Origin: Octopus vulgaris
Lineage: Eukaryota
NCBI GenBank assembly: GCA_951406725.2
Contig: OX597821.1
Coordinates: forward strand, 115,072,001-115,136,000
Direction: 5' to 3'
Length of the DNA stretch: 64,000 nucleotides
How positions within the stretch are numbered: position 1 is the first letter of the stretch; each line of letters begins with the position of its first letter. This document shows, one piece after another, positions 24,700 through 36,800 of this stretch. Both the position numbers and the translations under genes were made by a program. The notes below the pieces were generated by a model that was not told the origin of the DNA, searched no databases, and saw only the letters and a program-made list of their open reading frames with translations.

Positions 24700-26651
24700 C
24701 TAGTAACCTGTATTGTAAATCAGGTGGTTAACGAAGGAGTGATCCGCAGTGACTGGTGTAGCAGCATCGTAGTCAACAGCTACAAAAGTAAAGGTGACGC
24801 ATTAGATAGAAATAACTACAGGGGTATCGAATTGTTGGATCAGAATATTAAAATTACGGAGAGAGTCATAGCCCAACTAATTAAGGGAAGAGTTAGCCTA
24901 GATGAGATGCAGTTTGGTTTTGTGCCAGGGAGAAGCACCTATGATGCTATATTTCTGGTAAGGCAGCTGCAGGAGAAAGGCAAAACCAAAGATAAACCAA
25001 AGGTACTAGGCCTTTGTTAACCCCCAATACCTTATCTGGTGGTCAATGGGGAAACTAGGGATAGACAAGTGGTTTGTGAAAGCTGTACAAGCTATGTACA
25101 GGGATGCTACCAGTAAGCTGAGGATTGGCAATGAGTACAGCAAAGAATTCAGGGTACAAGTAGGGGTTCACCAAGGATCGATGCTCAGCCACCTCTTTTT
25201 TCATCATAGTCCTGCAGGCAATAACAGAGGAAAATAAGACAGGCTGCCCCTGGGAGTTACTCTACATTAATGACCTTGCTCTTATAGCTGAGTTGCTATC
25301 AGAACTAGAGAAGAAGTTCCAAGTGTGGAAGCAAGGTCTAGAATTGAAGGGCCTTGGAGTTAACCTAGCAAAAACCAAAGTCTTAGAGAGTAGGAAGGCA
25401 GACAAATTGCAAATCCCTTCAAGTAAATGGCCCTGCTCAATCTGTAGAAAAGGTGTAGGTAGAAACTCCATAAGGTGCACCCAATGTAAGCTTTGGACTC
25501 ATAAACGGTGCATTAATATCAGATGAAGGTTAACAGGGAAACTAGATTTTGTTTGTGGAAGATGCACAGGTACAATAAATGCTGAAAATGTGCAGAAAAT
25601 AGACTCCATCAACTGCCAGGGGGGCAAGCAAGAGGTAGTAGGTAGCTTCCATTATTTAGGTGATCAAGTTAATAGTGGAGGTAGATGCTCCAAGAATGTA
25701 GCTGTCAGAATAAGATTAGGCTGGGCAAAGTTCAGAGAGCTGCTACCTCTGCTGGCAACAAAGGCCTCTCTCTCAGAATGAAAGGTAGATTGTATGATGC
25801 CTGTGTGCAAACAGCCATGCTACATGGCAGTGAAACATGGTCTGTGACAGCCAAAGACATGTGTAGGCTTAAAGGAAATGAAGCCAGTATGCTTTACTGG
25901 ATGTGCAATGACAGTGAGCATGTTTGACAGAGTGTAAGCATCTTGAGTGAAAAGTTAGGCATAAGAGGCATCAGATGTGGTGTGCAAGGAAGACAATTGC
26001 ACTGGTATGGTCATGTGATGCATATGGATGAGGACAGCTGTGTAAAGAAGTACTGATCTTTAACTGTGGGGGGAACCTATGGTAGAGGTAGACCCAGGAA
26101 GACATGGGACGAAGTGGTGAGGTATGATCTTCAAGCTTCACGGAGGCAATGACTAAAAACTGAGACTTTTGGTGATATGCTCTGCTTGAGAGGACCCATC
26201 AGGCCAAATGAAATTGTAGTCTATTGTTGGTACTCTAAAATTGTAGGCTGATGTTGGTACTCTGTAACTGGCATCCATGCTAGTGGCATTTAAAGAACAC
26301 TGTTTAAGCATTGAATCTCAGAGAGGCAAAGTGGCTGAGTTTTTTCGAGTGTTGGGCCTCACAGAGGCAATGACCAAGACCTTTGGCATTATGTCGTGCT
26401 GAGAAGAAGACCCATCAAGCCAAGCAAAATCACAGTCTTGGCAGATAACAGGGTCACACAAATTGGTACCTGTGTCAGTGGCACAAAAAAAAACCCCATT
26501 ACACTCTCAGAGTGGTTGGCATTAGGAAGGACATCCAACTGTAGAAAATCATGCCAAATCAGACTGTTGCCTGGTGCAACCTTCCAGTGTGCCAGCCCAG
26601 TCAAACCGTCCAAGCCATGCCTACATAGACAACAGATGTTAAATGATGATG
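24700..26651 (+). pseudogene. 5'-truncated RTE-clade non-LTR retrotransposon (disrupted reverse transcriptase plus 3' UTR)
   Basis: Motifs across frameshifted ORFs 24694-25927: NYRGIELLDQ, QFGFVPGRSTYDAIFLVRQLQEK, GVHQGSMLS, PWELLYINDL (decayed YADD), NLAKTKV, FHYLG, MLHGSETW, GRGRPRKTW. Ends in the family C tail and (GAT)n. Confidence 0.92.
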
Positions 26652-27393
26652 TATGCGGCATGTATGTATGTATGTATGTATGTATGTATGTGTGTGTATG
26701 TGTGTATGTATGTATGTATCTGTGTATGTATCTGTGTGTATGTATGTATCTGTGTATGTATGTATGTATGTGTCTGTGTGTGTATGAATGTATGTGTATC
26801 TATGTGTATGTATATATGTGTGTATAATTGTATGTATATATATATGTGTGTATGCATATGTATTTATAGGTATGTGTATTTGTATGTATGTGTCTCTATC
26901 TGTAAGCATGAATGTATGTCTATATATGTATGTATAAATTTATATGTATGTATGTGTATCCATATGTGTGTGTATGTATGCATGCATATATGTATGTATA
27001 CATGTATATATGTATGTGTATCTATGTATGTGTGTATGCATGTATATATGTATGTGTGTGTATGCATGTATATATGTATGTATGTGTGTGTAAACATGTA
27101 TATAAGTATGTGTGTATGTATGCATATATATGTATGTATGCATGTATATATGTCTATGTGTATGTATACATGTATATATGTATGTGTATCTATGTGTGTG
27201 TGTGTATGTATGCATGTATATATGTGTGTGTGTATGTATGCATGTATGTTTGTATATGCATGTATGTATATGCATGTATATATATGTATGTGTATATGTG
27301 TGTGTAAGCGTGTATATAAGTATGTGTATATAAGTATGTGTATATATGTGTGTATATGTATGTGTATATATATGTGTGTGTGTATATATGTAT
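26652..27393. repeat. Degenerate (TATG)/(TG) microsatellite
   Basis: Directly visible. Confidence 0.95.
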
Positions 27394-27985
27394 AGCGTGT
27401 TTGTTAATTCCTCCCGGCAGCATGAGTCAGCTTCTATTGATTCCTCCGTTTCTCTTCCCTGTCGATGGTTGTTTTGCTCTGTTCTTTAGCTGAGAACATC
27501 ATGTGATATCATTTAATCTGTTAATGTGAGATTATGATTGATGAAGTTATACCCTCCGTGGTATCCATGTGATAATGAATAAAACACCGACAGAAAGAAA
27601 GAGAGTGAGTGAGTGAGTGAGTGAAAGCGTTCAGTTTTATACCCATTCATCAAAAAAAAATAGTAATTCTTCCCCTGCTGTGTGATGGCAGTGTAAAAGC
27701 ACTGCTGTTCTGGCTTCAGTCCTCACCTCGTTACTACTATTCCTTTGTCTCTTCGTTAAAATGTACACACTAAAGCAATTAAGGTTCAGATAATCACATG
27801 CTACATGCACAGTCGATGCATGTGGTAGGTGCACAAGACTGCGTTCTTTACTTCAGCATAGTAGCATACCAAATTTCTACTCACTGCATTAGTAATTGAT
27901 ATATATCAGGATGCAAATTATTCCACAAATCAAACAATATTTTATCAATATGATCACTGATTATTTCTTCCAGTGTTTCATTATT

Positions 27986-28013
27986 TGTGTGTGTGTGTGT
28001 ATGTGTATGTATG

Positions 28014-28045
<32 letters not shown>

Positions 28046-28307
28046 TGTATGTATGTATGTATGCCTGCATGCATATATGTATATATGTATATATATGTAT
28101 GTATATATATATGTATGTATGTATATATATATGTATGTATGTATATATATGTATTTATGTATATGTATATATATGTATGTATGTATATGTATGTATGTAT
28201 ATGTATGTATATGTATGTATGTATGTATGTATATGTATGTATGTATGTATGTATATGTATGTATGTATATGTATGTATGTATATATATGTATGTATATGC
28301 ATGTATG

Positions 28308-28345
<38 letters not shown>

Positions 28346-28493
28346 TATATGTATGTATGTATATATATGTATATATATGTATGTATATATGTATGCATGT
28401 GTATCTATATGTATGTATATCTATATGTATGTATGTATATATCTATGTATGTATATATATGTATGTATGTAAGTATGTATGTATTTATATATG

Positions 28494-28526
<33 letters not shown>

Positions 28527-28652
28527 TTATATATGTATATATATGTATGTATGTATTTATATATGTATATATATGTATGTATGTATGTATTTATGTATTT
28601 ATATATGTATATGTATGTATGTATATGTATGTATATATATATGTATATATAT
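27986..28652. repeat. (TATG)/(TA) microsatellite abutting a family A SINE head (28655-28792, -)
   Basis: Directly visible. Confidence 0.95.
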
Positions 28653-29059
28653 GTCTACGAAATCCACTCAGAAAGCTTTGGTTGGTCTGAGGCTATAGCA
28701 GAAGACATATGCCAAGTCACCACGCAGTGGGACTGAACCCAGGACCATGTGTTTTGGAACCAAGTTTCTTACCACACAGCCACACCTGCACCTTCCAATT
28801 GCTATCGATTCGTCATGCATCTTACAGCTGTGCCTGTCACCTGGATGGTGAAGAATCCTACATTGGGAGTGGTAACAACTAGGGTAGGGTAACTGACTGC
28901 TTATTGTGATCATTCGTCTTTTCGTTTCCTGTAGCTTTGCTCTCTTTTACAAACCCAGTGAACATATATTTCCTATTTCAAAGAAATTCAGGCAATATAG
29001 ATATAAGACCCAAGTTAAAAAGATTCTCAACAATTCAACTTCTCTGGTTGACATTAAGA

Positions 29060-29368
29060 TGCCCACCCCCAACAGGGGCCTAAACTCTCACATTTTAGAG
29101 CTCCATGACCTTCATTTTTCAGGCGCAAAATTTTTTTAACAGGTTCAATAAGACTGGAATTTTGGAATATGCGCATAAAAATCAGTAATATGGGATACAT
29201 GTGGCACGATTACAATTTTTTTAGGGTGTGTAAAGAGGGAAATAACCCTCATGTGCAATTTTGATGAAATTCGAAACATAGATATTCCAGTTCATTACAG
29301 AAAACATAACAGAAAAGTCTAATTCTTCAATTGCATGTAACACGGGCAACGCTGGGTATCTCTGCTAG
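29060..29368 (+). mobile_element. Non-autonomous Helitron 3' portion
   Basis: Ends in cacgggcaacgctgggtatctctgCTAG|T (GC-rich subterminal hairpin plus CTAG) followed by (TA)n; 5' boundary uncertain. Confidence 0.6.
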
Positions 29369-29468
29369 TATATATATATTCTATGGGCCTCTTTTGCTGA
29401 ACCACTAAGCTGTATGGAATTAATCAAACCAATTCCAGTTGTCAAGTGGTGGTGGGAGAGGACAAACA

Positions 29469-29502
<34 letters not shown>

Positions 29503-30186
29503 ACTGAAAATGGTCTTTGAACCCAATTTTTACACATTCTATTATTTATAGCATAGTGTGCTTCAAGATCCAGTTCCAAAAAAGAATTATTTCACGTTCA
29601 CTTGAAAGTTTATAAAATTCTTACGATGATAAGTTTCTGTCTACCAAATCCACTCACAAGGCTTTAGTAGAGCTAGGGCTATAGTAGAACCATTTGTCCA
29701 AGACCATATGATTGGCAAGCATTAGCAATAAACATTTCGGAATGGATATTGTAGAAGGAGTCAAACAATAATATTTCATCAATTTATCATCACTGATTGG
29801 TTTATTTTTCAGTTGAATTTATTCCAATATTTGGTTTCCATAAACACTCCTCACAAAGTATTTATTTTAGAGCTTTGGGTGGCATCAGTGCAGCCCCCAA
29901 AATAAATACATGAATATCTAACTGGAAAATAAATATTAATTGAAACAAAAATGAGAAGTTAATCTTAAAGGGATTTGAATGTATCACAAATGGATTAGAT
30001 TTGTTTACGATTAAATTTATTTTAATCTTTGTGTTTATTGAACCTTCTAACAAAATATAAACTGGTTTCAAGATTTTATCGTCTTTTGGAAATAAATATC
30101 CAAGCATTGATCTCTTGATAAAATGTTTTATGTCTTTGGTAAATAAATATTTATAAAGTTAGCCAGAGCAGCTAACTGGTTTCCGC

Positions 30187-30605
30187 TCTGGTGGCACATA
30201 AAAAGCACCATTCGAGTGTGATCATTACCAGTGTTGCTTTACTGGCACTTGTGCCGGTGGCACGTGAAAAAACATTCGAGCAACATCGTTGCCTGTGCCG
30301 CTGGACTGGCTCCTGTGCAGGTGGCACATAAAAACACCATTTGAGCATGGCCGTTGCCAGTACCGCCTGACTGGCCCTCATGCCGGTGGCACATAAAAGC
30401 ACCCACTACACTCTCGGAGTGGTTGGCACATAAAAGCACCCACTACACTCTCGGAGTGGTTAGGAAAGGCATCCAGCTGTGGAAACTCTGCCAGATCAGA
30501 TTGGAGCCTGGTGCAGCCATCTAGTTCGCCTGTCCTCAGTCAAATCGTCCAACCCATGCTAGCATGGAAAGAGGATGTTAAACGATGATGATGATGATGA
30601 TGATG
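30187..30605 (+). mobile_element. RTE 3' tail (family C) with 5 sub-repeats
   Basis: Repeated ggcacataaaa(g)cacc units, then the standard tail and (GAT)n. Confidence 0.8.
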
Positions 30606-30607
30606 AA

Positions 30608-31190
30608 AGTGATGTTATGTTGCCAACTTAATGTGACAGTCCCATGAAAGGGAAGAATGCTACTGCCATTTAGCCCTAGGAAACACTGTTTCCAGTTGAC
30701 CATGACACATTTCTGTGTCCTATGTTTTCAAAGGGGGATATAAGCACCTCCTGCCAGCAAAGCCAGCAACATACCATCACTCTATTGTGCTGCTACTGTA
30801 TAAATCTCTCTGAGAGATTTAGAAATGCAATATTTCTATTTACGAAATCAGTGAATGTATTTCACTTAAAATATGTTTACAAAGACAGACAGGCATCGAC
30901 AGCTAGCAAGCCATGCTACTCCAGACTGATGATGAGCAATGACTCTGAAACTAGTCTCTGGAAGCTGGCTTTGCTGGGTGGAGGTGCTTATCTCCCCTCC
31001 TTGAAAACATAAGGACACAAAAAATGTGTCAAGGCTAACAGGAAACAGTGTTTCCTAGGGCTAAATAGCAGTGACATTCTTCCCTTTCATGGGACTGTCA
31101 TATTAAGTTGACAACATACCATCACTCTGCTGTTACTGTATAAATCTTTCAGAGAGATTTAGAAATGCAATATTTTTATTTATAAAGCAA
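30608..31190 (+). mobile_element. Penelope-like non-autonomous element (inverted plus partial-tandem pLTR)
   Basis: 30608-30767 is an inverted copy of 30964-31126; 30767-30847 is a direct copy of 31112-31187; hammerhead at 30920-30962. Confidence 0.8.
30920..30962 (+). ncRNA. Minimal type I hammerhead ribozyme
   Basis: TCCAGA-CTGATGA-TGAGcaatgaCTCT-GAAA-CTAG-TC^-TCTGGA; 6-bp stem I, palindromic CUAG loop, GUC site after 30956. Confidence 0.88.
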
Positions 31191-31314
31191 TTTAGTACTA
31201 ATGGTAGACTTAACGTCCAACTTCCTTACTGGCATGGGTTAGATGGTTCCAATGGATTTGATGGTAAATTTAATTCCCAGTTTCCTTGGCATGGGTGATA
31301 CAGTTCAACAGGAT

Positions 31315-31419
31315 ACAGTTCTATATTTAAGAGATGAGGAATTATGTACATTATGGTGTAGTGGTTAAGAGCATGGGCTACTAACTCCAAGATTCCAAGT
31401 TCGATTCCAGGCAGTGACT

Positions 31420-31461
<42 letters not shown>

Positions 31462-31602
31462 TTGAAAAATACCTTAGGAATGAGAACCCAGGTTCGAAAT
31501 TTTCACAAGACACCTGATGAAGGCTGGAGGGTATATCAGCCAAAATGTTGTGTCAACAGCAAACAAGATGAGGACAAATATCCATCAAATGTAAATAATG
31601 TA
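31315..31602 (+). mobile_element. tRNA-headed hammerhead element (family E) copy 2
   Basis: Inverted tail 31315-31354; head tatggtgtagtggttaag...aagttcgattcc; (AAT)n; hammerhead fold 31509-31554 (GAAA mutated to AAAA). Confidence 0.8.
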
Positions 31603-32324
31603 TAATCCAATGACTTGATAATGTTCCACTCTGCAGCAGGTTCTAGTTTATTGCAAGCATTTTGGATTGAGTCTCTGGTCAGAAGAGGAATTCTTCTTGT
31701 CTTTTTATCAGTCTTGGAGCCACTGAAAAGAGCCAAAATTCTGGCTGGCCTTCCTCATCTCACTTGGTCATTAACAATGGACAGCATTGTTTGATTATGT
31801 TAGAAGCTGCCGCAATAATATTAATGCAGCTGATTGAATAGAAACTCTAAAGAGGTGTATATAATAAAGAGGTGTATATAATGTCTGTTGGTATGACAAG
31901 AGATTAATGCTTACTGGTAAAATAAATGTTTCATGACATCACAGATGATTTAGCCTCTGTTTCTTACCAACATCTGTTAGAATATTCCAGTTAATGGCAA
32001 CAATAAAGAATTATTCCATATGTTTTATGGCCTCTCTCTCTAGTTCTGTGATTCATTGTTCTCGGTATTGATTTTGTTGAGGCTGATATTTACCTTTCGC
32101 TCCCTTTGATGTCTGACTAAATCTACAACAAGGAATGTATCGAGTTTTATTCGTTCCACTCTATTGATCTTGCGTTTTCTTTGTGCCTAAAAGGAATTTT
32201 TGTTCCTAATAAAATTGTTATTGTAATTTCTCTAAAACTGGTCCCTCCAAATCTTATTTTATGTAGGTAATATAGGATAACAAAAGAGTTGAAGGAGATT
32301 TTATTTTATATTAGAAATGTGCAG

Positions 32325-32773
32325 CAAGGTAGCAATCTGGTAGAATTGTTAATGGTTGGAACAAGGCCTTGCAATATTTCTCTTGGCTCAAATTCCTGGC
32401 TAAATTTGTCTTTTACCTTTTCATTGATCAAATAAAGTACCAGTCAGATATTGAGGTTAATGTAATCAACTTACCCTCTCCCCCGAAATTGCTGGCCTTG
32501 TGCCAAAATTTGAAACCATTATTATTATTAGTATTATTATTATTTATTTCTCTATTGCCCACAGGGGGCTAAACACAGAGGGGACAAACAAGGACAGACA
32601 AAGGGCTTAAGTCAGCTACATCGACCCCAGTGTGTAACTAGCACTTAATTTATCAACCCCGAAAGGATGAAAGGCAAAGTCGACCTCGGCGGAATTTGAA
32701 CTCAGAATGTAACGGCAGCCGAAATACTGCTAAGCATTTCGCCCGACGTGCTAACGATTCTGCCAGCTCACCG
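32325..32773. mobile_element. Two family B SINEs tail-to-tail (+ then -)
   Basis: Old + copy at 32325-32520, young - copy at 32545-32773. Confidence 0.75.
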
Positions 32774-32800
32774 TATTATTATTATTATTATTATTATTAT

Positions 32801-33329
32801 TGAGTGAGAGAGCAGCACATGTCGTCCAAGTGACAGAGTTACAAATATATGAAACCCAATATACCCATCATGACTACCCGTCTGATAAGGGTACACCAGG
32901 CACATGCATCACAACCATACGTGCAAGACGTGGTGATCTCATATCAAGATAAAACAGTGCATGACCTTGCAGTTGGGGCCCAGTTTGGATTTTCTTCAGA
33001 TTGAGTAGCCCATTTCACTCAAAAGGTTTCCAAATAAGGTTTGCTTAAGGCTGATGAATGAAACATCCAATGTTTCCAGAGATGGATTATTCCAAACCAA
33101 AAGAATTTCTCACAACAACGTTTGTGAGCAGAGCTGCACATATTGTCACCTATCAAGGAACATGCTCAACTGATTAAGGTCAAGTAGCAACTGACAAGCA
33201 AATCTGTTTTGAGCAGAATATTTGCTGTAGCCCATCTTTTACACCAAGAAAATACATGTAGATGTTAACACTTCGAGTCATTTAAGAATAGAAGCCATGA
33301 GAGCCAGTACTTGGTATTAAATCAGGGCA

Positions 33330-33335
<6 letters not shown>
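32801..33335. mobile_element. Unclassified ~530-bp element inserted in (TTA)n
   Basis: Complex sequence bounded on both sides by long (TTA)n; no ORF. Confidence 0.45.
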
Positions 33336-33370
<35 letters not shown>

Positions 33371-34827
33371 GATAGTGAGCTGGCAGAATTGCTAGCATTC
33401 TTGGCAAAATGCTAAGCAGTATTTCATCTATCTTCATGTTTAAATTCATCATCTTTAAATTCCACCGAGGTCAACTTTGCTTTTCATCCTTTTGGGGGTC
33501 AATGAAATAAGTACCAGTTGAGTTCTAAGGTCAATGTAATTGACTGGTCCTTTCCTCCAAAATTCCAGGCCTTGTGCCTTTAGTAGAGAGGATTACTACT
33601 ACAACTACTACTACTACTACTGGAAATTAAGTTGAATGTCTGAATAACATCTTTTAGCTTCATCAGAGCCTCAAATATGAAGTGCAATTTATTTGGGAAA
33701 AGAACTACATTTATGCATATATATATTGCTGGTGGCACGTAAAAAGCACCAACCGATTGTGGCCTTGCTAGCCTCGTCTGGCACCTGTGCTGGTGGCACG
33801 TAAAAAGCACCCACTACACTCTTGGAGTGGTTGGCGTTAGGAAGGGTATCCAGCTGTAGAAACACTGCTAGATCAGACTGGGCCTGGTACAGCCTCCTGG
33901 CTTCCCAGACCCCAGGCGAACCGTCCAACTCATGCTAGCATGGAAAACGGATGTTAAATGATGATGATGATGATATATATATATATCTAGGAAAAAGCAT
34001 TACTGATGAGAAATCAAACACCTATATGGGGTATGAAAACCATGCTCTCCTCTCATAAATGGAATAAAGTTACTCACACACACACAAACAGGTATTTGCA
34101 TGTGTGTGTGTGTGTGTGTGTGTGTACTTCCTTGTCATGACATCATAGAATTGTTGTAAACAAATTTCACCCTTACACAATTGCTGTCCTTCAATCTCTA
34201 TCTGCCATGGTAAAACTGTTCAGCCATGGGGTAATATTAGCAGGTGAGAGCTGGCAACAGGAAGGGCATCTGGTCATTCAAAATCTGCTTCAATGATTTC
34301 CATCTGACCCATGCAAGTATTGAAATTTACATGTAAAAAGGACATCAGTGAAGATGTAATAGTACTACTTATCCATTTCAGATTATGCAACATATGTTAT
34401 TTAGTGCATAATTAATTAATTAATTAATTAATTAATTAATTAATTAACATCCAGTACAATAGGCTTATGGCTTTTGTTATTTGTCATGTAGTTCTGTTCT
34501 AGGTTCAGTCTTGCTTATTGTTTTCATTAAAGATCTGTTGAAAGCTGTCATGTCTAAACTTACCGTTTTTCTTGTTCTCACTTCTTAGTATTCTTCATTG
34601 AATTGTCTGAGTAAAAATTGTTGGTTCTCTTGAGACTGATTGGCATTCACTGACTAATTACTGTGTTCATTAGTTGCTTACTTTCAACTCTGCATCAACT
34701 AAACTTCTGTCCGTTAAGCATTACAAGAACTCTGATAATATTCCTGTTTCTGTGGTTTGATACCATTCATTTTGGGTCTTTGGGTCTTTGGGTCTTCAAT
34801 AAGATCTTATTTGGAAGGATAACATAA

Positions 34828-35152
34828 CTGGCACTCCATCAGTTACAATGAGGATTGTTGCAGGTGATCCGATCAACGGAACAGCATTCTCATAAAATTA
34901 ACATGCAAGTGGCTGAGCACTCCACAGACACATGTACCCTTAGCATAGTTCTCAGGGAGATTCATCATGACCCAGAATATAACAAGACTGGCCCCTTTGA
35001 AATTACAGGTGCAATTCATTTTTGCCAGCTTAGTGGACTGGAGCAACATGAAATAAAGTGTCTTGCTCAAGGACACAACATACCACTGGGTGTCAGACTC
35101 ATGACCCTAAAGTTGGGAGCTAAGTATCCTAACCGCTAAGCCATGTGCCTTC
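34828..35152 (-). mobile_element. SINE family F
   Basis: Reverse-complement match to 4178-4490. Confidence 0.75.
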
Positions 35153-36384
35153 CTTTTGCAATTCCCTACAGAAGAAAGGGTTGCTTAAGGCTTGTTTTAT
35201 CGCTGTTTGTTTACTGGTTTGTTGGCTGTGAATTCTAATGCAAAAAAAAAAAAAGAATTTTTTAAGTGAAAGTGGAGAGAGCAGAATACGGCAGTAGCCA
35301 TGATCTTTTATAAGATCTCTGAAAACAGTGGAAGGTAGGGACAGAGGGTAAGAAGGTGTCCTCAAATCAGAGATTGGGTCCAAATGCATGCAATAGAATG
35401 GTCCCCACTCATTCATTGGGGAATGTAACCCTCACATCATGGGGCTGATTTTCTTGACTCAACCCTTCAAAGCAGTAGTGCTCCAGCATGGCCATAGTCC
35501 AATGACTGAAATGAATCACCATCATTATCATTGTCATTAATGTCCACTTTTTCCATGCTTGCATGGGTCAGAAGGAAAATTTGTTGAGGCAGATTTTCCA
35601 TGGCTGGATGCCCCTCTTGTCCTCAACCCTCTCTTTGTTCCAAGCAGGGTAATAGTTTCTCCATGGTCAGACATGTTTTGCATGGGATATTGGAAATGAG
35701 TGACACTGCTTGTATGACAGGGACTCTCATTTACAGCTGTCATGCAATGTCAAGACATTTCACAATGCATGCACAGTTGCACTCACACACATACTCTCAC
35801 TCAAACACACACACACATATACACAGATGATTGGCTTCTTTCAGTTTCTGCTAACCAAATCCACCCTAGGGTTTGGTCAGCCTAGGGCTATAACAAAAAC
35901 ACTTAGTCAAGGTGCTGCACAGTGGGATTGAACCGAAGACCATAAGCTTCTCAAGCAGACAGCCACATAGTAAATGAATAAAAACAAAATATGTCATTTG
36001 CAAAGAAAAAAAGAAACCAAGGAAATCAGAAATTAACAAGAATAGCAAATTCAGGATTCTACAATCTCCATGCTACTTTCGCTTTCACTATCAAGATGCA
36101 AAGCTATTTCTCTTGGAATGGAATCTGACAGCCAGAACACCATTGTTCAGTGGTGCATTCCATTGAGAAGAGAATATTTCTCCAAGCTGTCAGCTTCTCT
36201 TTTCCACTTCCCAAATTGCCTCAAAATGAAGTCAGTCTTCCTTCTCTGCCGATGCATTTCATATTAACCTTGATCCAAATATGGCTGCCCATGCAACAAC
36301 CAGTGCACCGAAATATTGGAAAATGTTCTCAGTGCCATCCTGCAATTAACTGCATGATAAGATTACAGTAGCCATTTATCCTTT

Positions 36385-36597
36385 ACCTTTTACTTGTTTC
36401 AGTTATTAGATTGTGGCCAGGCTGGGGCACCACCTTGAAAAATTTTTAGTCAGACATATTGACTCAGTACTTTTTTTTGTAAAACCTAATATTTATTCTA
36501 TAGATCTCTGTCAAACAGTAAGTTATACGAACATAAACAAACCAACACTGTGTCCCTCACCACTGCTTGACCACCAGACACAATCACACACACACAC

Positions 36598-36657
<60 letters not shown>

Positions 36658-36800
36658 GCACAACGGGCTTCTTTTAGTTTCCATCAACCAAATCCATTAA
36701 CAAGGCTTTGTCAGAAGACACTTGCCCAAGGTACTACACAGTGGGACTGAACCTGGAACCATGTGGTTTGGAACTTCTTACCCCACAGCCATGCCTGTGC
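36385..36800 (-). mobile_element. SINE family A
   Basis: Full-length match. Confidence 0.8.

Noticed and set aside
26643-28736. Long ORFs (up to 264 aa) rich in M/Y/V/C/I or H/T/Y/I
   Set aside because: Translations of TATG/TG microsatellites; the same applies to 14676-15318 and 55471-56149.
30187-30460. CRISPR-like repeat/spacer pattern
   Set aside because: Eukaryotic retroelement sub-repeats with mutually related spacers; no cas genes.
33045-33075. CTGATGA-AT-GAAA hammerhead-like core
   Set aside because: No stem II and no convincing stem I.
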